Below are positions 20,579 through 29,115 of a stretch of DNA of 64,000 bases, one piece after another (within the stretch, counting starts at the first letter, position 1; the number at the start of each line of letters is the position of its first letter). The position numbers were made by a program, and so were the translations under genes. The notes beneath the pieces were generated by a model that was not told the origin of the DNA, ran no database searches, and saw only the letters and a program-made list of their open reading frames with translations. The stretch is from an uncultured Actinomycetota bacterium (lineage in GTDB: Bacteria; Actinomycetota; Actinomycetes; Actinomycetales; JAHECE01). The stretch is from the NCBI GenBank assembly GCA_963780675.1, contig CAWACR010000003.1, forward strand, positions 1,078,645-1,142,644, read 5' to 3'.

Positions 20579-21600
20579 CGCGGCCCTCCCTGGTCGGAGC
20601 GCTCCGTGCTCGTCGGACCCGGCGCGCTGCGCGCCCAGACGACGCGGCGTGCCATGGCCGAGGACGTCCCGACGTGCCCGTCGTCGGTGATCCACGCCGC
20701 GGCGAGCCCTCGCGCTTCGGCACCGGCACGGACGCCGGACGCCCCGAACAGGAACAGGGCCTTGCTCCACACCTCGGACCATGCGGGGTCCGCCTCCGCG
20801 ACGGTCACGGCCGCGAGGCCGTCCCCGCCCGGGCGCCCGGTCCGCGGGTCGACAAGGTGGTGCACCGGGTGGCCCTCGACCTGCCACCGCCGCAACCGGG
20901 TCGACGACGTCGCGCAGGCCGTGTCGGTGAGCTCGAGCACGAGGACGGGGGCGTCGCCGCCGAGGGGGTCCTCGACACCGACCCGCCAGGGCCCGCCGTC
21001 GGGCGCGACACCCTGCAGGGCCACGTCTCCGCCGGCGTCGACCATCGCTCCCGACCCGGCCTCCGCCAGTCGGGCGGCGGCCCAGCGTACGGCGAGGCCC
21101 TTGCCGATGCCCCCGAGGTCGATGCGCGATCCGCCCAGGTTCAGGAAGTGGCGCCCGGCGTCCCGGACGACCTGCGGCCGCCACGGCCCGGGCGCCGGAC
21201 GGGACTCGACACCACCGGACGACGTCGATCCCGCGACCCGCTCGACGCCGCCCTCCGCGAACGGCAGCGACCGGTCGTAGCCCCAGGCGACGAGCGTGTC
21301 GTGGACCCTCGGGTCGAACAGGCCATCGGTCTCGGCGTGGGCCCGGGCCGCCTCGGCGACGGCGCGGGCGAGCGTGCCGGGGACCTCGTGCCACTCGCCG
21401 GGGGCTGCGTTCGCCCGAGAGAGCGCGCTCGCGGCGTCGAAGCGCGAGCACGTCCGCTCCACTTCACAAAACACAGCCTCGGCCAGGTCCAGCGCGTCGT
21501 CCGCGCCCGGGCCCGGTTCGACGACACTCATCGTCACCGGGCTCGCCATCGCACGCAACGTCCGGGTCCGAACCGCGAGGTCCTGCACCATCGCGCTCAT
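20575..21600 (-). CDS. apbE: FAD:protein FMN transferase (ApbE family)
   Basis: CSRFDAASALS, TDGLFDP, IDLGGIGKG, DAGGD, ATSST and HHLVDPRTG motifs. Confidence 0.93.
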   Translation of the reverse strand: MSAMVQDLAVRTRTLRAMASPVTMSVVEPGPGADDALDLAEAVFCEVERTCSRFDAASALSRANAAPGEWHEVPGTLARAVAEAARAHAETDGLFDPRVHDTLVAWGYDRSLPFAEGGVERVAGSTSSGGVESRPAPGPWRPQVVRDAGRHFLNLGGSRIDLGGIGKGLAVRWAAARLAEAGSGAMVDAGGDVALQGVAPDGGPWRVGVEDPLGGDAPVLVLELTDTACATSSTRLRRWQVEGHPVHHLVDPRTGRPGGDGLAAVTVAEADPAWSEVWSKALFLFGASGVRAGAEARGLAAAWITDDGHVGTSSAMARRVVWARSAPGPTSTERSDQGGPR

Positions 21601-21959
21601 CCCGAGGCCTTCGTCGTGACGTGCACAGGCGGTGGGGCCGCTGGGGCAGCTGCGGCAGCCGCGGCAGCCGCGGGCGCCAGGACCGCAGGTGCCTGCGGGG
21701 CGGCGGCCTCGCCCTGGGCCAGGGCCGACTCCAGCGCGGCGAGGCGCTCCTGGGCTGCCTGCACCTGGGCGGTCAGAGCGGCGATGGTCGCCGCATCGGC
21801 GGCTGCCGGTTCCAGGGCGACCGAGGCCGCGCCCGCGGGGTCCGCGGCGAGCGGGTCGTGGCTGCCCGCCCAGGCCAGGCTCCCGCCGAACACCGCCGCG
21901 ACCGCGGGGAGCAGGACGAGCGCCGTCCCCCCGCGGCCCGGCCGACGCAGGTCAGTCAT
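21597..21959 (-). CDS. Small exported protein, candidate ApbE flavinylation substrate
   Basis: N-terminal hydrophobic segment, coiled coil, Ala/Pro linker, C-terminus PPPVHVTTKASG; ATGA-coupled to apbE. Confidence 0.7.
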   Translation of the reverse strand: MTDLRRPGRGGTALVLLPAVAAVFGGSLAWAGSHDPLAADPAGAASVALEPAAADAATIAALTAQVQAAQERLAALESALAQGEAAAPQAPAVLAPAAAAAAAAAPAAPPPVHVTTKASG

Positions 21960-22293
21960 CGTCGGAGGCCCGGTCGCCGCCGTGGTCGTCCCCCGAGTCG
22001 TCGTCAGCGTCGTCGTCCTGGCCGTCGCCCCCGTGGTCGTCGTACCCGACGTCGTCGGACGAGGGGGCCGTGGTCGTCGGCGACTGCGTCGCCGCGCCCG
22101 TGGCCACGGCGGCTTCGAGCGCGCCCATCTGAGCAGACAGGTCCTCGAGCGAGCGCTCGAGTTGCGCGGCGTCAGCGGGGGCGTCCGCGGAAGGCGCCGG
22201 CGACGGGGCGCCGCTCGCCGCGACGGCGAACCCGGCGCCCGTCAGGACCGCCGCAGCGGCGACGGCGACGGCAGAGCGACGCTTCCAGCTCAT
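21952..22293 (-). CDS. Small exported protein with Asp/His/Gly-rich tail
   Basis: GAGGGAG RBS; signal-like MSWKRRSAVAVAAAAVL; tail DDVGYDDHGGDGQDDDADDDSGDDHGGD. Confidence 0.7.
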   Translation of the reverse strand: MSWKRRSAVAVAAAAVLTGAGFAVAASGAPSPAPSADAPADAAQLERSLEDLSAQMGALEAAVATGAATQSPTTTAPSSDDVGYDDHGGDGQDDDADDDSGDDHGGDRASDDD

Positions 22294-22370
22294 GGTGACT
22301 CCCTCGGTCGGTGTGCGACGCGGCTCTCGCGTCGTCACTACCGTCCCGCCCCGCGCGTGAGGGGCGCGGC

Positions 22371-22396
22371 AAGCCCGTGACAAGGCTCGGTTAAGG
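22371..22396 (-). promoter_or_regulatory. Three CTT-core direct repeats at 11-bp spacing, probable OmpR-type regulator site
   Basis: Plus-strand AAG[C/G] at 22371, 22382 and 22393 (minus strand cctt-aaccgag cctt-gtcacgg gctt), upstream of the apbE operon. Confidence 0.55.
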
Positions 22397-23698
22397 AGTT
22401 CGCGGGTGATCAGGGGAGGTCAGGTCCGGAGTCGGGAGCTCCAAGGTCACGTCCGCCCCACCCAAGCCGGACCGGGCGACCACGAGGTGCCCTCCCGCCT
22501 GCTCGGCCGTCCGCCGCGCCACGTCGAGGCCGAGGCCAGTGGACCCCGCCCCGCTTCGCCCCCGCGTGAGGAGGTCCCCGCCCGCGAACCCCGGCCCGGC
22601 GTCGCCCACCGACACCGACACGCGCCCTTCCCCGCCTGCTCGCACCGCGAGCGCGAACGCCGTCCCGTCCGGGGTGTGGCTGAAGACGTTGTCCACGAGG
22701 GCATCGATCGCCGCACCCAACGCGTCGGCCCCCACGGCGACCGCACAGGGGCCAGCGGGCAGGTCGACGCGCAGGTCCCGGCCCTGGTCGCGGGCGAGGA
22801 CGCCCCAGAACCCGGCCCGGTCCCGGACGACGGCGGCGGCGTCGCACCGCGGCGTCAGCGACTCGTCCCGCGGCTCGCGGGCAGCCCGGACGACGGCGTC
22901 GACGGCCCCCACGAGGTCGTCGACGTGCGCGGTCATCCGCTCGCGTTCTTCCGGGTCGGCGAGCAGGTCGGCGTCGAGCCGAAGTGCGGTGATCGGCGTG
23001 CGGAGGCGGTGCGAGAGGTCGGCGACCAGCTCCCTCTCCCCCGCGAGCAGGCCCGCGACCCGTGCCCCGAGCCCGTTGAGCACACGCCCGACGGAGGCGA
23101 CCTCCGGCGGCCCCGACGGCTCGACCCGCGCCGTCAGGTCGCCGGAGCCGAGCCTCTCGGCGACGGCCGAGAGGTCGAGAACGGACCGCGACAGCCGCAC
23201 GGCGATGCGGTCCCCCGCGACCGCCGTCCCGCCCAGCAGCACCAGACCGACCGCGGCGAGGATCGCCCACGACGTCGCGACACCCGCCGTGAGTGCGGCG
23301 TCCGGTACGAACGTGCGGACGACGGCGATCCCGGCCTCCCCGCCGACGGGCAGGAGAACCTCGACGCCCCCGTCCGTGTCAACGGTCAGGGCCGTCCCCT
23401 GCGCGGCGAGCCCCACGGACGTCGACGCCGGCATCGGCTCGCCGACGCCGGTCCCGTCGGGCAGCAGAACGGACGTGCTGTTCGCGCCGTCGTTCACGGA
23501 GAACACCGCCGCCTCCAGGCGGGCCCGATCCTCACCTGCGCCACCCGCGAAGACCGCCACGGTCTGCGCGTCCTGCCGTCCCGCGGCGACGGCCCGGTCG
23601 AAGGCGAGCGAGCGCGCGAGCAGGCCCAGCGGCACGAGGAAGGCGACAAGGACCACCGAGGTCATCGCAAGCCCGTACAGGACCAGGAGGCGCCTCAT
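22391..23698 (-). CDS. Sensor histidine kinase (HAMP-HisKA-HATPase)
   Basis: DLSHRLRTPITALRL H-box, DNVFSHT, DAGPG and STGLGLD motifs; two TM segments. Confidence 0.93.
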   Translation of the reverse strand: MRRLLVLYGLAMTSVVLVAFLVPLGLLARSLAFDRAVAAGRQDAQTVAVFAGGAGEDRARLEAAVFSVNDGANSTSVLLPDGTGVGEPMPASTSVGLAAQGTALTVDTDGGVEVLLPVGGEAGIAVVRTFVPDAALTAGVATSWAILAAVGLVLLGGTAVAGDRIAVRLSRSVLDLSAVAERLGSGDLTARVEPSGPPEVASVGRVLNGLGARVAGLLAGERELVADLSHRLRTPITALRLDADLLADPEERERMTAHVDDLVGAVDAVVRAAREPRDESLTPRCDAAAVVRDRAGFWGVLARDQGRDLRVDLPAGPCAVAVGADALGAAIDALVDNVFSHTPDGTAFALAVRAGGEGRVSVSVGDAGPGFAGGDLLTRGRSGAGSTGLGLDVARRTAEQAGGHLVVARSGLGGADVTLELPTPDLTSPDHPRTP

Positions 23699-24375
23699 GA
23701 CGGCGCGGTGACCTTGACCCCCACGCCACGGACGCGGTGGAGGTAGCGCGGGGCGTCTGCGCTCTCGCCGAGCTTGCGGCGGAGCCAGTGGAGATGGACG
23801 TCCACGGTCTTGTCGGCTCCCCCGTAGGGCTGGTTCCACACCTCCGAGAGCAGCTCACGCTTGCCGATCACCTCACCCGGCCGCTGCGCCAGGTACAGGA
23901 GCAGGTCGAACTCCTTCGGGCTCAGGTCGAGGGCCACGCCGTCGAGCTGTGCGGTCCGCGCGCGGGCGTCCATCACGAGCCCACCCACGACGACGGGCCC
24001 CGGCACGTGCACGGCTTCCGCCCGGCGCAGCACGGCCCGGATGCGGGCGTCGAGCTGGTCGACGGCGAACGGCTTGACCAGGTAGTCGTCCGCGCCCGCA
24101 TCCAGCACCGACACGATGCCCGGCCCGTCGTCCCGGGCCGTGACGACGATGACCGGGACGTCGCTCACCGAACGGATCATCGCGAGGAGAGCCGCGCCGT
24201 CGAGGTCGGGCAGGCCGAGGTCGAGGAGGACGACGTCGGGCCGGTGCGCGACGAGGCTCTCCAGACCGGCCAGGGCCGTGGGCGCCGTCATCGTCGAGTG
24301 GTTCCGCGCGGTCAGGGCGCGCACGAGGGCGCTCCGTATCGTCGCGTCGTCCTCGACGATGAGTACGTCAGCCAC
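23695..24375 (-). CDS. OmpR-family response regulator
   Basis: VLIVEDD, LLDLGLPDLDG, GADDYLVKPF and winged-helix VDVHLHWLRRKLG motifs. Confidence 0.95.
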   Translation of the reverse strand: MADVLIVEDDATIRSALVRALTARNHSTMTAPTALAGLESLVAHRPDVVLLDLGLPDLDGAALLAMIRSVSDVPVIVVTARDDGPGIVSVLDAGADDYLVKPFAVDQLDARIRAVLRRAEAVHVPGPVVVGGLVMDARARTAQLDGVALDLSPKEFDLLLYLAQRPGEVIGKRELLSEVWNQPYGGADKTVDVHLHWLRRKLGESADAPRYLHRVRGVGVKVTAPS

Positions 24376-24434
24376 ACCGCGACGGTAGGGCATGCGCACC
24401 GGGGCGGGCAGGACCGCGGTCGCCCGGGCGCGAG

Positions 24435-24460
24435 TCTTGCCGTCCCCTTAACCCGGTCTT
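24435..24460 (+). promoter_or_regulatory. Three YCTT direct repeats at 11-bp spacing in the divergent promoter region
   Basis: tctt-gccgtcc cctt-aacccgg tctt at 24435, 24446 and 24457; shares CCTTAACC with the 22371-22396 site. Confidence 0.55.
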
Positions 24461-24487
24461 CACCCGTCGGTGCGCGACGATGTCGTC

Positions 24488-24985
24488 ATGGCACTGAAGG
24501 CGCGGACCGGGCCGGGGAGAGCCGTCACCTTCGTCGGCTGGGCCGTGGCTGCGGTCCTGGCCGGGTGGATCGCCTGGTGGGCCGTGGCCCTGATCGCCGG
24601 CCGGCCGGGGACCGGTTCCACCGGGGTCCTCACGCAGGCCCAGGTCGAGGCTCTCGCAGCCGAGCAGACGACAGCGCCGCCCGGGCCGCCATCGCCCGAA
24701 CCCACACCGCCGGGGGCCACGAGCACCTCGCCGTCGACCTCGACGGCCGGTCCGGAGGTCGTCCGCACCTGGACGGTCCCGGGCGGCGGCGTCGGCGCCG
24801 CCTGCCGCGACACCACGATCACCCTGCTGTTCGCGACACCCGACGACGGGTGGACGGTGGAGGTCAAAGATGCCGGGCCGGAGAACCTCGAGATCGAGTT
24901 CCGGCACGGTGAGGACGAGACCACGACCCTGGCGGCATGCCAGGGCGGCATCCCCACCCTCCTCGACGAATCCACCGACGACTGA
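24488..24985 (+). CDS. Membrane-anchored/secreted hypothetical protein
   Basis: N-terminal TM, Pro/Thr linker, then GGGVGAAC ... ATPDDGWTVEV ... C domain; divergent from the response regulator. Confidence 0.75.
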   Translation: MALKARTGPGRAVTFVGWAVAAVLAGWIAWWAVALIAGRPGTGSTGVLTQAQVEALAAEQTTAPPGPPSPEPTPPGATSTSPSTSTAGPEVVRTWTVPGGGVGAACRDTTITLLFATPDDGWTVEVKDAGPENLEIEFRHGEDETTTLAACQGGIPTLLDESTDD

Positions 24986-25028
24986 TGGCGTTCCCGGGGG
25001 ACGCCCGCTGAGTGCCGACCGGGTGGGG

Positions 25029-25538
25029 TCAGTCGCGCTCGACCCAGCGATCCACGGCCCAGAGGATCGCGAGCGCCAGGCCGACGTCGATCCCCTCGAC
25101 GACGTCGAGGGTGTAGGTGTCGCGGATCGTGACCCACTTCTGCGTGATCTGGACGACCGGTCGCCCGCCGGCGGCGACCGAGTAGTTCTTCTCGATGAAC
25201 GAGCCCTCGAGCGTCCAGGTCTCCCCGGAAGGCACCTCGAGCGTCATCCGCGTCTTGATCGGAGAGAACGTCTTCGCCCGCAAGGAGGCCACCTCGGCGC
25301 CGCCGGCATCCGAGATCGTCATCTGCTTGGGGATGCCGAGCACCCGGCCGGTGACGCGGTAGAGAACCTGGTTCGCGCCGTCGAGCACATCCGCCTTCGG
25401 GCGGGTGCCCATCTTGCCGTCGACGAAGAACAACTGCTCCTCGCTCTCCGGGTCGAGCACCGCGAAGTCCCGCCCTGCGCCGAACTTGGCCTTGACGAGA
25501 TAGCGGGACCAGCCCGCAGGGGGCGGGGGCAATGCCAT
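25029..25538 (-). CDS. LURP-one-related / scramblase-like protein
   Basis: GRDFAV, FFVDGK, LEGSFIEKNY, KWVTIRDTYTLDV and C-terminal helix LALAILWAVD. Confidence 0.8.
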   Translation of the reverse strand: MALPPPPAGWSRYLVKAKFGAGRDFAVLDPESEEQLFFVDGKMGTRPKADVLDGANQVLYRVTGRVLGIPKQMTISDAGGAEVASLRAKTFSPIKTRMTLEVPSGETWTLEGSFIEKNYSVAAGGRPVVQITQKWVTIRDTYTLDVVEGIDVGLALAILWAVDRWVERD

Positions 25539-25689
25539 CGGACCCTCTCCTTGTCATCGGACGGCGCAACGCTCACACGTCCGCCGGCGCCCATCCTCCC
25601 GCAGTCGAGAGTTCCTGACGAGCCCGGCGCCGCTCGCGCCCGACCGTCACCACGACGACTGCCCGACCAACGAGCCGATCAGGCTTCCG

Positions 25690-26112
25690 ATCCGGGCCGC
25701 CGGCAGAATCGACCAGCAGATCCTCGGGATCGGTTCCCCACCTCGCGTTCAACCTGCCGATGTCGAGCCTGGCCAGCCGAACCCGCCTCAAGACGCTCAC
25801 CCCCAAGACGCGACAGGACAACGCCCCGTTCTTCGACGGCGACCTCGCCCAGGTGCCCACGCACTGCCTCATGCAGGGCCTGGGCACGATCATGAACAGC
25901 CGCCACACGATCATGCTCGGCTTCGGCCGCGGCAAGGCCCAAGCCGTCCGCGAATGCGTCGAGGGAGCCGTCTCCGCCCACTGGCCCGCCTCGATCCTGC
26001 AGATCCACCCCCACGCAACCGCGTCGTCGACGAGGAGGCCGCGAGCCGACTCGCCTTCACCGGGTACTACCGCTCCACCTGCCAGGGCAAGCCGCCCTGG
26101 CAGGAGATCTGA
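25690..26112 (+). pseudogene. nagB: Glucosamine-6-phosphate deaminase, 5'-truncated and frameshifted
   Basis: IRAAGRIDQQILGIGS /shift/ HLAFNLPMSSLASRTRLKTL ... QGLGTI ... WPASILQIHPHAT /shift/ VVDEEAASRL ... KPPWQEI-stop. N-terminal half absent. Confidence 0.85.
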
Positions 26113-26155
26113 CACCCCGCCGACACCCACCCCGCCGACACCCACCCCCAGACAC
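26113..26155 (+). repeat. 15-bp tandem repeat (caccccgccgacacc), about 2.9 copies
   Basis: Two exact units at 26113 and 26128 plus a degenerate third, between the nagB remnant and nagA. Confidence 0.75.
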
Positions 26156-26180
26156 GCCCACCATCGGAGATGACCTACCC

Positions 26181-27359
26181 ATGACGACGATCCACGCCTC
26201 GCGCGCGCTGGTCGACGGCGCCCTCGTCGGCCCGGTCCGCCTCGACGTCGACGCCGGACGCATCACTGCGCTCCTCGTCGGCGAGGAGGCTCAGGCCGGA
26301 CCACCCGCCGACATCACCCTCGACGGCGGCACCCTGACTCCAGGCCTGCTCGACCTGCAGAACAACGGTTCCTTCGGCGCCGACTTCGCCGACGCCACCC
26401 CAGGGCAGTGGGCCCAGGTCCTCACCGGGCTCGCCTCCCGCGGCGTCACCGCCCTGCAGCCGACGATCATCACCGCCCCGCTCGATGAGCTCAATGCCGC
26501 GTTCGACCGCATCCAGGCGGCGCAGACCACCAACCGCGACCAACCGGTGTGCCGCATCCTGGGTGCCCACCTCGAGGGCCCGTTCATCTCCGAGCGCCGG
26601 AAGGGTGCCCATCGGGCCGAGTGCATGCTCGACCCGACCCCAGACGCCCTCGACACCCTGCTTCACCACCCGGCCACGGCCGCCGTCCTGCTCACCGTCA
26701 CCCTCGCCCCAGAACGCGCGCACGCCCTCGACGCGATCCGCCGCCTGGCCGCGCGCGGCGTCGTCGTCTCGGTCGGACACTCCGACGCCACCGCGGACCA
26801 GGTCACGGCCGCCGCCGACGCCGGAGCCACCATGACCACGCACATCTTCAACGCCCAGCGCACCCTGGGGCATCGCGAACCGGGGGTCTCCGGGGCGGTG
26901 CTCGCCGACGAGCGGTTCTTCATCGGCACGATCATCGACGGCCAACACGTCCACCCGAGCATCGTGAAGGTCATCTACGCAGCCGCGCCGGGGCGCGTCG
27001 TCGGGGTGACCGACGCGATCGTGACCGCCGGCCTGCCGAACCACACCCCGCTGATGTTCGGCGGGCAGCCGGTCGCGAACGACGAGACAGGCCTCGGCCG
27101 GCGCGAGGACGGCACACTCGCCGGCGCCGGGATCGTGCTCGACGAGGGCGTCCGGCGCATGATCGCCGCGGGGCTCGACCCGGCCGCGGTGCTCGCCTCG
27201 TGCACCGAGGTGGCCGCGCGCTCGCTCCGGCGGACGGACGTCGGGCACCTCGCCCCGGGCACCCTCGCCGACCTGGTCTGGTGGGACACCGCCTGGCACC
27301 CCCGACGCATCTGGATCGCCGGCACCGAGATCCCCGCCACCGAGCAGGGCACCGACTGA
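26181..27359 (+). CDS. nagA: N-acetylglucosamine-6-phosphate deacetylase
   Basis: PGLLDLQNNG, GAHLEGPF, TLAPE, GHSDAT, THIFNA, DGQHVHP, VTDAI and TLAG motifs. Confidence 0.93.
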   Translation: MTTIHASRALVDGALVGPVRLDVDAGRITALLVGEEAQAGPPADITLDGGTLTPGLLDLQNNGSFGADFADATPGQWAQVLTGLASRGVTALQPTIITAPLDELNAAFDRIQAAQTTNRDQPVCRILGAHLEGPFISERRKGAHRAECMLDPTPDALDTLLHHPATAAVLLTVTLAPERAHALDAIRRLAARGVVVSVGHSDATADQVTAAADAGATMTTHIFNAQRTLGHREPGVSGAVLADERFFIGTIIDGQHVHPSIVKVIYAAAPGRVVGVTDAIVTAGLPNHTPLMFGGQPVANDETGLGRREDGTLAGAGIVLDEGVRRMIAAGLDPAAVLASCTEVAARSLRRTDVGHLAPGTLADLVWWDTAWHPRRIWIAGTEIPATEQGTD

Positions 27360-27390
27360 GCCGAGGAGGTCACGCCCCGACCTGGCCGTT

Positions 27391-27765
27391 CGGACGGCGT
27401 GGTCGCCGTGGGAAGACGTCGACCCCGCCATGCAGCGCGACTACTCCGGTACAGGTTCGGGAGTGGGCGCGGGCTACTCCTGGCGTGGCAACCGCAAGGC
27501 GGGCACGGGACGCATGGAGATCACCTCCTCCACCCCGGAGATGATCGGCATCGCGCTGAGCTTCCTCAAGCCGGTCAAGGCGGAGAACCGGATCGAGTTC
27601 GGCTTCGCCGACGCCGTCGGCGCCACCACCGTGACGTGGCGGATGACCGGTCAGCAGACCGGCCTGAGCGCACTCCTCGGCACACTCGTCCCGATGGACA
27701 AGATGGTCGGCAAGGACTTCGAGAAGGGCCTGCGCCAGCTCAAGCACGTCGCCGAGACGCAGTAG
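27391..27765 (+). pseudogene. SRPBCC/polyketide-cyclase-family protein, probably 5'-truncated
   Basis: Homology starts at RTAWSPWEDVDP, upstream of the first ATG (27430). Then GVGAGYSWRGNRKAGTGRMEI and MDKMVGKDFEKGL. No room after nagA for the N-terminal strand. Confidence 0.7.
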
Positions 27766-28015
27766 CCCGAGCAACGGCGTGGCGCACGCCGCGACTCGCG
27801 TGTCGAACATTCCGCAGGGCTATCACCCACGACCCAGCCGTCGGGCCCGTCAGGTGCAGTTGCCTATGATCGCCTCCGTCGACTGCGCTGGTACTCGCTC
27901 GCCCTTCGGATCCGCTGGGCCACGTGCGTTCACCGCCCCCTGCCTCGTCGAAGCCTCGGGGTGGTGGGCGGGATTCAGGTCGGCGTGGGATGTCGAACGA
28001 GACGGGAGTCAACGC

Positions 28016-28852
28016 GTGACCCTCTTGCAGGCGATCCTCCTCGGCATCGTCGAGGGCGTCACCGAGTTCCTTCCGGTCTCCAGCACGGGGCACCTGACGA
28101 TCACCGAGCAGCTGATGGGCCTACCGATCGACGACCCGGGCGTGACGGCGTTCACCGCCGTCATCCAGATCGGCGCCATCCTGGCCGCGATGCTCTACTT
28201 CCGGGCCGACATCATCCGCCTCGCGCTCGCCTGGTTCCGTGGCCTGCGCGGCCGCGAGCACCGCGCGGACCCGGACTACCGCATGGCCTGGTACGTCATC
28301 ATCGGATCCCTGCCCATCGCCGTCGTCGGCCTGGCCGCGAAGGACCTCATCACCGGGCCTCTGCGCAGCCTGTGGGTCGTGGTGGCAGCGCTGGTCGGGT
28401 GGAGCTTCGTCATGGTGGCGGCCGAGCGAGTCGGCCGACGGACCCGCGGCGAGCAGAACGTCAACCTGAGGGACGCGATCGTCATCGGCACGATCCAGGT
28501 CTTCTCCCTGGTCCCGGGCGTATCCCGGTCTGGGGCCACGATCAGCGCGGGCCTGATGCTCGACCTCGACCGGGTCGCGGCCACCCGGCTCTCGTTCTTC
28601 CTCGGCATACCGGCACTGGTCGCCGCCGGCGCCTACGAGAGCGCCACGCAGGCCGGCGCGATCAGCAGCTCCGTGGGCTGGGGCCCCACCCTGGTCGCCA
28701 CGATCACGAGCTTCGTCGTCGCCTACGCCGCGATCGCCTGGCTCCTTCGCCTCGTCGCCCACCACCCGATCTCGGTGTTCGTCCCCTACCGCCTCGCCCT
28801 CGCCGCGCTCATCGCCGTCCTGCTGACAACCGGAACCCTCACCGCCGTGTGA
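28016..28852 (+). CDS. uppP: Undecaprenyl-diphosphate phosphatase
   Basis: LGIVEGVTEFLPVSSTGHL and PGVSRSGATI motifs. Confidence 0.96.
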   Translation: MTLLQAILLGIVEGVTEFLPVSSTGHLTITEQLMGLPIDDPGVTAFTAVIQIGAILAAMLYFRADIIRLALAWFRGLRGREHRADPDYRMAWYVIIGSLPIAVVGLAAKDLITGPLRSLWVVVAALVGWSFVMVAAERVGRRTRGEQNVNLRDAIVIGTIQVFSLVPGVSRSGATISAGLMLDLDRVAATRLSFFLGIPALVAAGAYESATQAGAISSSVGWGPTLVATITSFVVAYAAIAWLLRLVAHHPISVFVPYRLALAALIAVLLTTGTLTAV

Positions 28853-29115
28853 CGACGCGCCGCACACGCCGACGCGGGCGAACCAAAGCCTGGCTCACCG
28901 ACGTGGGTCGCCGTCGTCCTCGCCGTCGTCGCGCTCGTCGTCTCGACCGGGACCCTGGTCCTGGCCGTGCGCATCGGGCAGAGCCGCGATCCTCCGGCCG
29001 TGCCCGGTGTGGGCCTGGCGCGCACCGTCACACGAGTGAGCCCAGCAAAGACACCATGTGGTCCGGGTCGGTCGGTGCGGGTCCGCGTTGGGCCCGGGTA
29101 GGTGTGCCCGCCTTC

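Noticed and set aside
18438-20729. Apparent 763-aa NuoF-ferredoxin fusion in the ORF track
   Set aside because: Artefact of the frameshift near 18875. The true NuoF C-terminus lies in another frame and ends at 18662, overlapping the ferredoxin GTG.
27800-27830. VSNIPQGYH, resembling a VOC/PhnB glyoxalase N-terminus
   Set aside because: Only about nine codons, too short to support a feature, though it fits the remnant pattern.
28849-29040. Possible frameshifted membrane-protein start coupled to the uppP stop
   Set aside because: One hydrophobic stretch, no recognisable family, no continuous frame.
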